Shown here piece by piece: positions 50,127 through 60,175 of a stretch of 64,000 nt of DNA; the stretch's first letter is position 1, and each line of letters opens with the position of its first letter. A program made the position numbers and the translations under genes. The DNA is from Nitrosopumilaceae archaeon (GTDB lineage Archaea > Thermoproteota > Nitrososphaeria > Nitrososphaerales > Nitrosopumilaceae), in contig CBDBCR010000003.1 in the NCBI GenBank assembly GCA_965203465.1, positions 480,001-544,000 of the forward strand, in the 5' to 3' direction. A model generated the notes under the pieces. The model was not told where the DNA came from and did no database searches. It saw nothing but the letters and a program-made list of their open reading frames with translations.

Positions 50127-51400
50127 GGGGGTTGTCGCATAATTCCCCCAGAATGACGGATTCCGTCGCATCTGGAGCCTGACGCCTGAAGGGGTAGCGC
50201 AGATCAGTTTTTCCGACAAACGGTCAATTTTTTCCAACCGCTATGCTTATTGATCACGGCCAGAGCCGTCTTGCCGTTGAAACGGCAACGGCGAGACGGC
50301 TACTGGGCCGAGTACCACGAATCCTGCGCCTCAAAAAAAGATTTCGCCATCGGACACATCAAGGATCTGGTGAGGGATAACCCGCCGCCCGAGCCGGCGC
50401 GCAAGAGCGGACGCGGGCGGCCGCGGGTGTACTCTCTGGCCGAAATGGCCATCGTGTGCATCTTGATGAACTTGTTCAACCTCTCGTCCCGCAAAACCGA
50501 GAACACGGTAGAGTGGTGGGAACTGGATCTGGGCGGGCGCGTCCCGGATCATTCGACCGTCTCGAGGGCGCACGGAGATCTCGACGCGGAGTGGCTCGAA
50601 AAGATGGTGGCCCTGACCGCCGAGGCGTGCCTGAAACAAGCCGGAGTCGACAAGCACGATTCGGCGGCGGACAGCACCGGGTCCGAGACTGACAGGTACG
50701 AAGACAGCGTCAGGCTGAACAAAAAGACCGGCAAAGAGACAGTCGTGCGCGTAAAATCGTACCTAAAATGGCACGTTTTCGCGGCGGTCGGGCTGCAGGT
50801 GATCCTCGCATGCGCCATGACGCCGAGCAGCGCGGCCGACACCGACATGCTGCGGCCGCTTCTCGAAAAATCGAAAAAACCGGGGCGCAGCTTCGCCGGC
50901 TGGTGGTTCCACGCCGACAAGGGACACGACTCGGACCGGAACTGCGAGGCCGTCTTCGGCACGGGCATGCGCCCCAACATCGATCGGAGAAAGAGCAGGG
51001 AGAACGGCGGCAACAGGCGCAACGCCGGCAAGCGGTTCAGGCGCAGGGCCGCCGAGATGTTCGATCCGGTGCGCCACGAGGATCGCAAGATGATCGAGGG
51101 GATATTCGGCGCGGAGGGGAGCGACAACCACCGCCTGCTGTGCAGGTACAGAAAAAAAGAGACGCAGGAGAGGTTCGGCCTGCTGCTCGCCATAGCGTGG
51201 AACGTGTGCGCGCTGAACCGGATCCGGTGCGCCGCCGAGTAGCCGCCGCGTGAACCTGGCCTCCAGACACACCAAAACCGGCGGTAGTCAGGATCTGGCC
51301 GCGGCCGCGGGGGCCCGGATCGCGTTGGGGTTTCGATCCGCTGCGCGCGGCCCGCCGCGCGAGAGACCCGAGGATTGCGCGCGACTTTGGGCAGAACGCC
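50127..51400 (+). mobile_element. IS5-family element, transposase ORF 50250-51242 uninterrupted
   Basis: PDHSTVSRA, AADSTG, KWH, ADKGHDS, RKMIEGIFG. Right end only tentative (11/18 inverted match at 51383-51400). Confidence 0.85.
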
Positions 51401-52471
51401 GGATCGCGCGCTTGATCTGGATCGAGCCTCGGCGCGCCGGCGTGTTTCCGGCCGAGCTGTTTGGGCCAAAGCTGCCGGGCCTAGCTGCGCCCTCCGGCCG
51501 GACGCTATCTTTTCGGCCAGCGCGAGCGCCCGGCCCCGCGTCAGCGAATACATCATGCCGCGCGCGCCCACAAAGTTGCAGTTCGCGGCGGCCAGCGCGG
51601 AGCCGAACCGCAGCGCCGACTCGATGCCGCGCCGGGCCGGAATAGCGGACGAGCCGCCGAACATGCGGTGGATCAGGCCGGCCGACAGCCAGTCGCCCGA
51701 CCCGGCCGCATCCGCCAAGCCGCGGACGGGAAAGGCCCGCATGCGCGCCCAGCCGGCCCCGCGCGTCCTGTACCGCAGCCCGTCGGCTCCCAGCGTCTGT
51801 ACCTCCAGCGGGGCCCGCGGGCCGGCGGCCACGCCGCAGCTCTTGACGACATCGGCCGCCCGCAGGCACCTTTCGAAGACGGCGCCGCCGGAGGGCTTGT
51901 GGGGCTCGAAGAACACGGCCGCCCCGCCGGCCTTCATGCGCATGGCCATCCTCAGCGCGCCCCGGTCCGCCCGGTCAAAGTAAAACACGCCGGCGGCCGG
52001 CAGCCGGGCCAGCGCCTCGCCGGCCGCCCGGAGTGTGTACGGCCTCCTGCGGGGGAGCCGGCGGCCGTGGGCGCACGTGAAACTGAACCCGTGCGCCCGG
52101 CCCCCTCCCGGTGCCCGCTCTATGATGCGCGGGGTGTCCAGCCCGGCCTCGGTCCGCACGAACTCGGCGCGCACGCCCCACGACTCCATGTCCTCGATCA
52201 CGCGCCTGCCCTCCGGATCGCGCCCGAGCCGGGCCGCCGGGTACGAATCCCACCCCAAGTACGACAGTATCGTGAGCACGTTGGCGCACGAGCCGCCCGC
52301 CAAAAACTCGGGGCCCGCGTCGCGCGCGCCGTAAATCGCGTCGAGCACCACCAGTCCGGCCCCGACGCACGCGGGCCTGGCCGCGCGGCTCACGGCGCCC
52401 GGGCCACACCGCGTACGGGGCGCGCTTTTCGGCCGGGCCGCGCGCGATCGGGGCCTCCGGGCCGCGGACAT
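51400..52471 (-). CDS. PfkB/ribokinase-family kinase; natural stop apparently lost at the IS junction
   Basis: GGSCANV..LSYLG, LGRDPEG, TLGADG, DAAGSGDWLSAGL. Confidence 0.85.
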
Positions 52472-52491
52472 CGCCGGCCCCGGCGCGCCGG

Positions 52492-54140
52492 TCACCGCCC
52501 CGGGCCGCGCGCCCCGGCCGGATCCCTTTCCAGCTTTACGAATCCGTCGCGCGCCCCAAACCACCCCATGTAGTGCAGCGTCCCGGCCGCGCCGCGCTTT
52601 CCGGCCGGGAGCAGGTTCCAGCACCTGGACGGATCCCCGGACGCCTCGTCGACGCTCAAAGAGTACTCTGCCCCGAGCAGCTCGCCCTCGCCGGGCCGCC
52701 CGCCCCCGATGCACAGGATCGTGCGGCCCGCGGGCAGCCGCTCCCCGATGAGGCCTAGCAGGGAGCCGGGCGCGCCCGGATCCGCAGCGCGGTCCGAAAG
52801 GCTGCCCGTCCCGGCGCCGTCGCGGTACCCGACCAGCACGCCCGCGCGGCACCTGCCGGGGAGCAGCCTTGCCAGCTGCGCGCGGGCCTGGTCCCCCCGG
52901 CCGGTAGCCACCCCAACGGACACCCCGCGCCCGACCAGCCCCGCCAGCATGGAGCCGATCTCGGGGGCGGGCCCCTCGGGCCGCCGGTCGTCGTCGCAGA
53001 GCGCCCCGTAGCTGAATACCACCGCCCCGAACTCCTGCCGGAGCATCCTGGAGACGAACCGGCGGAGCGAATTTTGGCGCGATTTGGCTCTGGGCACGGC
53101 GCTGCCGAACTTGCGGCGCAGCGCCAGCCTCTCAAAGTCTGACAGGCCGTCCTCGCACAAGTTCGGCACGCCGATGCCGTAGAGCCGGCGCCCAAAGTCC
53201 CTGACGCCGGGCCGGCCCGGATCTATCCCGCGCTCGGCGCCGAAAAACTCCACCAGGCGGAACACCTGCAGGGTCAGGTCTATGGCCGCCGCCGGGCCGT
53301 CCAGGCCCGTCTCCAGGCGGACGACCGGCACGCCGGCCGGGAGCAGTCCCAGCGTCCTGTCAGCCAGCCCGAGGCACCGCGGCGTGATCATCGCCACGAC
53401 GCAGGTCTCGCCCGAAGCCTTGTCCAGCCAGTTGTGCCTGCCGTGGGCAAAGTTGCAATAGTCCGAAAGCTGGACGTTGGCCAGGCCGGCTTCGGACATT
53501 TTTGATTCGGCGTCGACCGCGGCCGCCTTGCCCCAGTCGTCGTGCAGCACGAGCAGCGTCCTTTTGCCGCGCGCCCCTTCGAACGCGCCGGGCCCGCTGG
53601 GGGACAGCCTCTCGAACTTGGGGATCTCGTACGGTAGCGAGAGCCCCTCGACGTACGCGCGGGACAGCCAGAGCATCGCGGCTACCAGCGAGTTGGTCGC
53701 AAGAAACCCGTCCCTGCCGGAGGGCGGGCGCGCGGCGTGGACCAGCGCGTTGCCGGCGCCGGCGGCCCTGCCGGCCAGCCTGCTCCCGGGGCTCGTAGAT
53801 ACTATGCCGATCAGCGGCGCGCACGCGGCCGCCCTGTCGAAGGAGGCCAGTATGTCCCTGTTGCTGCCGCCGGCCGTGACCAGGGCCACGCAGGCCTCGC
53901 CGTCGAGGCGCGGCTGCCAGACGAACTCCAGCGGCGTCATGCACCTGGACATCCTGCCCCCTGCTGGTGCAGCGCCGAGGCGAGCGTCGCGGCGGTGAAG
54001 GAACCGCCGGAGCCGACCGCATACAGCGGGCGCCCCGCGCATTTTCGCACCAGCTCCGCGAGATCGCCCATCGGGGCGCGGCTTGCCCACGCGTACGTCA
54101 GGGGCACCGTGTCCAGTTCTTTAGAGTACGGCCTGCCCAT
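52492..54140 (-). pseudogene. SIS-SIS-HAD fusion protein, frameshift at a G5 run (53957-53961), HAD domain degenerate
   Basis: AVGSGGSFTAA, TAGGSNRD, GRDGFLATNS, ESKMSEAG..NFAHGRH; HAD remnants VFSYGAL, ATGRG, LCIG. Confidence 0.8.
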
Positions 54141-54189
54141 GCCCGGGTGCCCCGGGCGCGCAAATAAAGAGATAACCTCGGGGGCCGGC

Positions 54190-54290
54190 GGCCGCGCGGC
54201 GAAACGGCGGATCGGCCAGGCTGCGGCTGGAAAACGGCCCCCGTTCGCGGCGCGCGCAAAAAAAGGCAGGCGCGGATCGCAGGGACGCCT
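54190..54290 (-). repeat. Inverted homolog of the IS66 right-end sequence (44490-44600)
   Basis: GGCGGATCGGCC..CTGCG..AACGGCCCC.GTT.GCGGCGCGCG shared in opposite orientation. Confidence 0.55.
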
Positions 54291-54613
54291 CTGCCGCGCG
54301 GGCGGCGCATAACGGGCGGCACGGAGCCGGATTCGGCGCAAGCCTGACGCGCCCGCTGCCCGGCGCGGGACGGACTGCGCCGCCCGACCGGTCCGGCCGC
54401 GCCGATGCGCGCCCTCGCGCGCTGCCGGGCGCGCCGCCAATCCGGCGACCTGGACTATACAAAAAAGATCGGCGCTCGCCCCCGGCGCGCAGGCGCCCGA
54501 CCATGACCAAGTTCTGCGCGCAAATCCAGTTTTGCCGACCGCTAACCCGCACGCGGAATCCGGTTGCCTGCCGCAGTTGGGCGTGGCGCGCAGTCTCGTC
54601 TTTGGGGGCCGGC

Positions 54614-54883
54614 CTAGTCTTTGCGGTAGACTGCCTTGTGATCGCCGACGCACATCAGGATTATCTCTAGCCGTTCATTCTCAACCCTGTAGATCAGTCT
54701 GTCTGACCGGCCGATTTCGTACGCGAACGCCTCTACCGTATTTTTGTAGCGGCCCATGTCTGTTGGGTCGTCTGAAGCCAGAAGATCCTTGATCGCAAGA
54801 TCTACCCTAGCTTGCCGTAGATGGCCCATATTTTTGTACTGGCGCGTGAACAAGGACTTTTCTACAATCTTCCACTTGCCCAT
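54614..54883 (-). CDS. RelE/ParE-like toxin
   Basis: FTRQYK, DP..G.YK, YEIGRSDRLIYRV, VGDHKAVY. Confidence 0.85.
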   Translation of the reverse strand: MGKWKIVEKSLFTRQYKNMGHLRQARVDLAIKDLLASDDPTDMGRYKNTVEAFAYEIGRSDRLIYRVENERLEIILMCVGDHKAVYRKD

Positions 54884-54931
54884 CTCGTCTATGGGCACGA
54901 GCAAAGAACGCCTTGCAACGAACCGTGTGCC

Positions 54932-55180
54932 TCACCCTCCTTTCAGGCTCGCCAGCAGATCTTCCACGGACGAATGCGTCTTGTCGTCTGTAGAATTATG
55001 TGACACGATGATGTCTAGCACTTCTTCGGGAACGAGATCGTCCTCGTGCAACAAATGCAGGTAGCGCTCAAAGTCCATCGTGCCGGCGAATTTGGACTTT
55101 AGAAAATACCCCCGTATGACATCCGTCTCGTCGTCCGGAAGGCACATGAACGGATTGTATGCCTGCCGCGTGCCGGACAT
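54932..55180 (-). CDS. Acidic antitoxin partner of the RelE-like toxin
   Basis: Acidic 82 aa ending HSSVEDLLASLK, upstream of the toxin; TTAA box ~23 nt upstream. Confidence 0.7.
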   Translation of the reverse strand: MSGTRQAYNPFMCLPDDETDVIRGYFLKSKFAGTMDFERYLHLLHEDDLVPEEVLDIIVSHNSTDDKTHSSVEDLLASLKGG

Positions 55181-55225
55181 CGCGGGTTTTCCGCATAGGA
55201 GCTTAATATGCATTACTTTTCGTCG

Positions 55226-55345
55226 GCATGACGCCGGGCGAGGCGGCCGGCATCACGGTGAACGGGGCCGAGTGGAAGACGCTGATCCAGCACGCAAGCC
55301 GGATGTACGGCAAGTAAGATCCGGCCGGCTGCGCGGCGGCCCGCG
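55226..55345 (+). mobile_element. 3' tip of the same IS6-like transposase as 19301-20781
   Basis: Encodes MTPGEAAGITVNGAEWKTLIQHA, near-identical to the 19493-19590 segment. Confidence 0.85.
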
Positions 55346-55519
55346 CCGGTGTCGCTTCGCTCAAAGCCGGATCCGCGCGCGACGGATCCGGGTGTGCCAG
55401 GCACGTCTGTGCGGCCGCCAGACGTGCCAGCGCCGGCGTTCAGGCCGCCAGCACCTGGACAAGAGTACGGTACAGCATTGTTCCGTAATCTTAATAATGC
55501 GCAAAGCCGGCAGGCCCCC

Positions 55520-55696
55520 GTGGAAGACGCAAGCGTCACGACGCAGGGCGAAGACACAGTGACCATAAGGGCGCGGCCAGTGGAGGCGTGGCAGACCGAC
55601 AGAGCCAACGAGTTCACCATCAAGGTGGTGCTGAGCGCGTCGGACAACGCAAGTGATTTAAAGAGCACGCCGGTAAGGCAGGCCGAAAATGCCTGA
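55520..55696 (+). CDS. Small hypothetical protein (58 aa)
   Basis: GTG 24 nt after TTAATA; overlaps the next start. Confidence 0.55.
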   Translation: MEDASVTTQGEDTVTIRARPVEAWQTDRANEFTIKVVLSASDNASDLKSTPVRQAENA

Positions 55697-56135
55697 CGCG
55701 CGGTTTATTGACTTTGAGATAATCAAGGAACCTTGGAACAAGTACCAGATCTCCGACGGTTCGGTCTTGAAGACCCGCATAATACTGACCGAGGTAGAGC
55801 GCGTGATGAAAGGCGACAAGCCCGAGTTCAGCATAAATTCCCGGACGCTGACAGTCCTCAGCGCCGAGCCGTCCCTGAAAGGCGAGCCTAGCACAGAGCG
55901 GCACACATCCCGGGAGATCGCAGAAGCGGTGGAAAGAAAAGACCTGAGGTACGACACGCTGTCCCAGGAATTTAACGAATACGTCCTAGACGACGGGACC
56001 AAGATCAAGATCTACACGAACATCACGAACATCGACAGGACCCGACTGCGCAACGCGAAAGGGGATCCCATATACAGAATCGCGCCGTCGATCCAGATAG
56101 AAATAAAGCCGTCGAGCCGGTACGGCCAGCCGTGA
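55689..56135 (+). CDS. Hypothetical protein with an internal domain duplication
   Basis: EPWNKYQISDGSVLK / QEFNEYVLDDGTKIK repeats. Confidence 0.8.
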   Translation: MPDARFIDFEIIKEPWNKYQISDGSVLKTRIILTEVERVMKGDKPEFSINSRTLTVLSAEPSLKGEPSTERHTSREIAEAVERKDLRYDTLSQEFNEYVLDDGTKIKIYTNITNIDRTRLRNAKGDPIYRIAPSIQIEIKPSSRYGQP

Positions 56136-56326
56136 GCTCGGCGGGTTCGCATTTTCCGCGGCTTGGACTGTCAGCCTGCCGCGTTCGCCCTGGTGGAGCC
56201 TGCGCCTTTCGGGCGGCGCGCACACGTTCCGGGCCCCGCCGGTCAAGGCGCCGATCCAGGACTGGGCGCCGGGCCTCTTCCGTCCCTGTTGCCGGCCGTC
56301 GATTCGGTCCCGTTCGTCTCTGCTGA

Positions 56327-56521
56327 CGGCCGGCTGCGCGGCGGCCCGGCGGCGCGAAAACCGGCCGCGCGGACGCGCGTTTTGTCCGCGACAACGGCAT
56401 GTGGCCGGGGACCCGCGGATCCTCGGGGGCCGGATCCGGCAGCGCCGGCGCAAAAACACCCGATCGCTGAGGACGGACACCCCGGGCATCGGGCCCCAGC
56501 TCGCGAGGATTTGTCGGAATC
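56327..56521 (+). mobile_element. Right end of the IS6-like element, ending in the TIR
   Basis: Aligns to the reverse complement of 19301-19490; ends GCTCGCGAGGATTTGTCGGAATC. Confidence 0.85.
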
Positions 56522-56568
56522 CTGCCAACCGCGCAAGGTCTATTACCCGCCCGGGCGCGGCGCGCCCC

Positions 56569-57024
56569 GTGCTACAAGAGGGCGGCCCCGTCCCGCCGTT
56601 CGAGGCGCCCGACCAGGACGGCGTCGCCAGAAAGGGATCCGACTACGCGGGCAGGAGGCACGTGATCTACTTTTACCCGAAGGACTTTACGCCCGGCTGC
56701 ACGACGGAGGCCGACGAATTCTCGGCAGAGTACGCAAAGTTCAAGCGCGCGGGCGTCTCCATAATCGGGGTCAGCCCCGACCCGCCCGACTCCCACAAGA
56801 GGTTCTGCGCGAAGACGGGCGCAAAGTACGCCCTGCTCTCGGATCCGGAAAAAAAGATGGCCAAGGCGTTCGGAGCCTGGGGCAGGAAGAAGTTCATGGG
56901 AAAAGAGTACGACGGCGTCATCCGGAGCACGTTCCTGGTGGACGAAAAGGGCACCGTCTTCAAGGCGTTCCGCAGCGTGAGGCCGAGGGGGCACGCCCTG
57001 CAGGTCCTGCAGGAGTTCAAGTAA
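56569..57024 (+). CDS. bcp: Peroxiredoxin Bcp
   Basis: [27 protein letters not shown]. Confidence 0.93.
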   Translation: MLQEGGPVPPFEAPDQDGVARKGSDYAGRRHVIYFYPKDFTPGCTTEADEFSAEYAKFKRAGVSIIGVSPDPPDSHKRFCAKTGAKYALLSDPEKKMAKAFGAWGRKKFMGKEYDGVIRSTFLVDEKGTVFKAFRSVRPRGHALQVLQEFK

Positions 57025-57030
57025 AAAATA

Positions 57031-57957
57031 TCAAAAGCCCTTCGGGAGGGTTCCGCGCTGCTTTTTGGGCGCCGGCTTTGGCTCGGGCTTTGCCTCGGGT
57101 TTCGGTTCCGGCTTTTTGGCCTCGAACCCCTTCGGCAGGGCGCCCTTTGGCTTGGGCTTGGCCTCGGGTTTGGGCTCCGGCTTTGGTTCCGGCTTGGGCG
57201 CCGGCTTTGCCTCCGGCTTGGGCTCGGGCTTTTTGGCCTCGAACCCCTTCGGAAGCGTCTGCTTGGGCTCGGGTTTGGGCTCCGGCTTTGGTTCCGGCTT
57301 GGATCCGGCGCTGCCGTTGATCTGCAGGCCGTAGCCTCCGAACGTCTTGTCGGGCGGGTGGTACGCCAGCCTGGACCTGGTAGCAAAGTACTGGTTGGAG
57401 GGCTGCGTGTACCCGGTGACCGCGACCTTTTGCCGGTTCCAGTCCGAAGTGGCGACGGTCCCCACCGGGGCCGTCCTCCTCACAAAGTACCTGTTGGGCG
57501 CCGGCGAATATCCGGTGACCGTGGCGCGGTACTGGTGGAAGTCGGTCATGGGAGCCTCGTAGTAGGCCTGCTCGAGCGCCTCGGCCGTGCTGGACGGGGC
57601 GACCTTGGCCTGCTGCGGCTCCGGTTTCGGCTCGGGCTTGGGCGCCGGCTTTGCCTCGAATCCCTTCGGGAGGGATCCTTTGGGCTTGGCCTCCGGCCTT
57701 GGCTCCGGTTTCGGCTCGGGCTTGGGCGCCGGCTTTGCTTCCGGCTTGGGCTCGGGCTTTTTGGCCTCGAACCCCTTTGGCAGCGTGCCCTTTGGCTTGG
57801 CCGCCGGCTTTGGCTGCGCCTTTGGCTCGGGCTTTTTGGGCTCGTCCACCGCCGATGCCAGATCGGACAGTTTCTTCTCCAGCTCCGCGATCTTTGCCTC
57901 TAGATCCTTCTTTGTCGGTCTCTGCGTCGGTTTCTTTGTCGGCTTCTTTGTAGCCAT
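57031..57957 (-). CDS. Lys/Pro/Glu-rich repetitive protein
   Basis: Five LPKGF motifs with KPEP spacers around a core containing a duplicated VTGY.P.N.YF. Confidence 0.85.
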   Translation of the reverse strand: MATKKPTKKPTQRPTKKDLEAKIAELEKKLSDLASAVDEPKKPEPKAQPKPAAKPKGTLPKGFEAKKPEPKPEAKPAPKPEPKPEPRPEAKPKGSLPKGFEAKPAPKPEPKPEPQQAKVAPSSTAEALEQAYYEAPMTDFHQYRATVTGYSPAPNRYFVRRTAPVGTVATSDWNRQKVAVTGYTQPSNQYFATRSRLAYHPPDKTFGGYGLQINGSAGSKPEPKPEPKPEPKQTLPKGFEAKKPEPKPEAKPAPKPEPKPEPKPEAKPKPKGALPKGFEAKKPEPKPEAKPEPKPAPKKQRGTLPKGF

Positions 57958-58063
57958 GCCCCGCCCCCGCGGGCCATGGTTTATTTAGATTGTGATCGGG
58001 CCGGTTAGCTCGGCCTAACCGCGGGATCAGGTTTTATACAGCGGCCAACAGGGAGCGCCCGGG

Positions 58064-58444
58064 TTGGACGACTTTGAAAAGGACTATCCGGACTTTGACT
58101 GGAAAAACACCCCAGCCTACAAGCACCCCGGCGGCAAGGACTGCCCCTGCCCCAAGCACGAGTACATACGCGAGCAGATAAGCTTCGCAAACCAGGTCAA
58201 CAAGTCCGGCGGCGAGGCCCAAAAGGTGACCCTGCGCTTCTGCCCCGACCACTACCGCGTGTACTCGAAGGAGGTCATACCCGGCATGCCCCTAAAGTAC
58301 CGCGTCATGACAAAGATCGCCATAAAGCTCGGCGCCATAAAGATAGAGCACCTCACCCACATGCAGTCGGACCTGTGCTTTTACTGCAAGTTCGGATCCG
58401 GCGGCTACGGCAGAAAGAGCGAGCTGCCCCCCATAAACCCCTAG
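58064..58444 (+). CDS. Hypothetical Cys/His-containing protein
   Basis: CPCPKH, FCPDH, CFYC. Confidence 0.7.
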   Translation: MDDFEKDYPDFDWKNTPAYKHPGGKDCPCPKHEYIREQISFANQVNKSGGEAQKVTLRFCPDHYRVYSKEVIPGMPLKYRVMTKIAIKLGAIKIEHLTHMQSDLCFYCKFGSGGYGRKSELPPINP

Positions 58445-58665
58445 GACGGGCTGACGAGCACCTTTGGCCTGTTGGGCGTGTCGTGGTGGCACTTTTTGCC
58501 GCACAGCGGGCAGGTCTTGCGGTCGAGCAGCACGCACTGGCAGACGTGGCTCCTCATGTAGGCCTCGGCGGACCGCGTCCCCTCGCCGGTTCCGTTGCAG
58601 AACGTGCACTGCGAGCCGAGCAGCTCCACCCTGCCCCCGCCCCCGCACACCGCGCACTTTGACAC
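58441..58665 (-). CDS. Small Zn-finger protein
   Basis: CAVCGGGG, CTFCNGTG (DnaJ-type CxxCxGxG), CPLC. Confidence 0.7.
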   Translation of the reverse strand: MSKCAVCGGGGRVELLGSQCTFCNGTGEGTRSAEAYMRSHVCQCVLLDRKTCPLCGKKCHHDTPNRPKVLVSPS

Positions 58666-58744
58666 GCGCCGGCCGGCGCGGCGCGCGAATTAAAGTATAG
58701 CAGCTGTCGTGAACCTTTATACAGAATCGCGCGCGAACCGGGCC

Positions 58745-60175
58745 GTGCCCCTCCGCGACCTGCGCGAGACGGCAAAGGCCGTCGAGGACGCCGGCGAGCT
58801 GCGCCGCGTCTCTGCCGAGGCCGACGCCGATCTGGAGATACCCGAGATACTGCGCAGGGTCATGTACTCGGGCGGCCCGGCCGTGCTGTTCGAGAACGTG
58901 AGGGGCCACTCGATGCCGGTGCTCGGGAATCTTTTCGGCTCGGCGCGGCGCATGTCCATAGCCCTGGAGACGGACGACTTTGCGGACATCGGCAGGCGCA
59001 TATCCGGCATGGCCAGCATGGACATGCCGGCCGGCCTGCTCGGCAAGCTGCGCAAGCTGCCCGAGATGTCAAAGATGGCCGACGCGTTCCCAAAGCCGGT
59101 GCGCTCGGGGCCGGTCGCCGAGCTAGTCCAAGAGCCCGACTTTTGCTCCATGCCGGTGCTCAAGACCTGGCCCGGCGACGCCGGAAAATTCATCACGTTC
59201 GGCATGGTGGCCACGCGCCACCCCGAGACCGGCGTGCGCAACCTGGGCGTGTACCGCATGCAGGTGCTCGACGGGCGGCGCGTCATCGTCCACTGGCAGA
59301 GGCACAAGAGGGGCGCGCTGCACGGGCAGCAAAAGGGCGGCAAGATAGAGGCGGCCATCGTGATAGGGGGCGAGCCGGCCTCGGTCTTCGCCGGCGTGGC
59401 GCCGGTCCCGGAGGGCATGGACAAGTACCTGTTCGCCGGCATCGTGCGCAAGTCTGGCATACAGACCGTGCGCTGCAAGACCGTAGACCTGGACGTGCCG
59501 GCGAACGCCGAGATCGTCGTGGAGGGCCACGTGGACACCGAAGACCTGCGCGACGAGGGGCCCTTTGGCGACCACACCGGCTACTATACGCCGGTCGAAA
59601 AGTACCCAGTCTTTACGGCCACCTCGATGATGCGCCGGCGCGAGCCCGTGTACCTGGCCACCGTGGTCGGCAGGCCGGCCCTCGAGGACGCCCACATAGG
59701 CAGGGCCATAGGGAGGTCGTTTTTGCCGCTGCTGCAGATGCTGCAGCCGGAGATAACCGACTACGCCATGCCGGCCTCGGGCTGGTTCCAGGGCATGGCC
59801 GTCGTCTCGATAAAAAAGAGGTACCCGGGCCAGGCCAAAAAGGTCATGATGGGCATGTGGGGGACCGGCCAGCTCTCGCTGACCAAGATAATCGTCGTGG
59901 TGGACTCGGACGTGGACGTGCACAGCGCCTCGGACGTGGTCTGGGCCGTGACCACCCGCGCCGACCCGGTGCGCGACACGCTGCTAGTGCCCGGCGCGCC
60001 GACCGACACGCTGGATCCGGCCTCGCCGCTCGTAGACTACGGCTCCAAGATGGGCATAGACGCGACGCAAAAGACCGCCGGCGAGGGGTACGCGCGGCAG
60101 GTGCAGGAGCCGGTGGCCGCCGACGAAGAGACACGCAAGCTGGTCGACGGCCGCTGGGCCTCGTACGGGCTCTAG
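58745..60175 (+). CDS. UbiD-family decarboxylase (menaquinone pathway)
   Basis: NLGVYRMQ, EGPFGDHTGYY, LDPAS..GSKMGIDAT. Confidence 0.93.
   Translation: MPLRDLRETAKAVEDAGELRRVSAEADADLEIPEILRRVMYSGGPAVLFENVRGHSMPVLGNLFGSARRMSIALETDDFADIGRRISGMASMDMPAGLLGKLRKLPEMSKMADAFPKPVRSGPVAELVQEPDFCSMPVLKTWPGDAGKFITFGMVATRHPETGVRNLGVYRMQVLDGRRVIVHWQRHKRGALHGQQKGGKIEAAIVIGGEPASVFAGVAPVPEGMDKYLFAGIVRKSGIQTVRCKTVDLDVPANAEIVVEGHVDTEDLRDEGPFGDHTGYYTPVEKYPVFTATSMMRRREPVYLATVVGRPALEDAHIGRAIGRSFLPLLQMLQPEITDYAMPASGWFQGMAVVSIKKRYPGQAKKVMMGMWGTGQLSLTKIIVVVDSDVDVHSASDVVWAVTTRADPVRDTLLVPGAPTDTLDPASPLVDYGSKMGIDATQKTAGEGYARQVQEPVAADEETRKLVDGRWASYGL

Noticed and set aside
50119-51409. Target-site duplication of the IS5 element
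   Set aside because: Flanks share only GGAT and the right end is uncertain
57060-57840. Repeats resembling a CRISPR array
   Set aside because: In-frame coding repeats with no unique spacers and no cas genes
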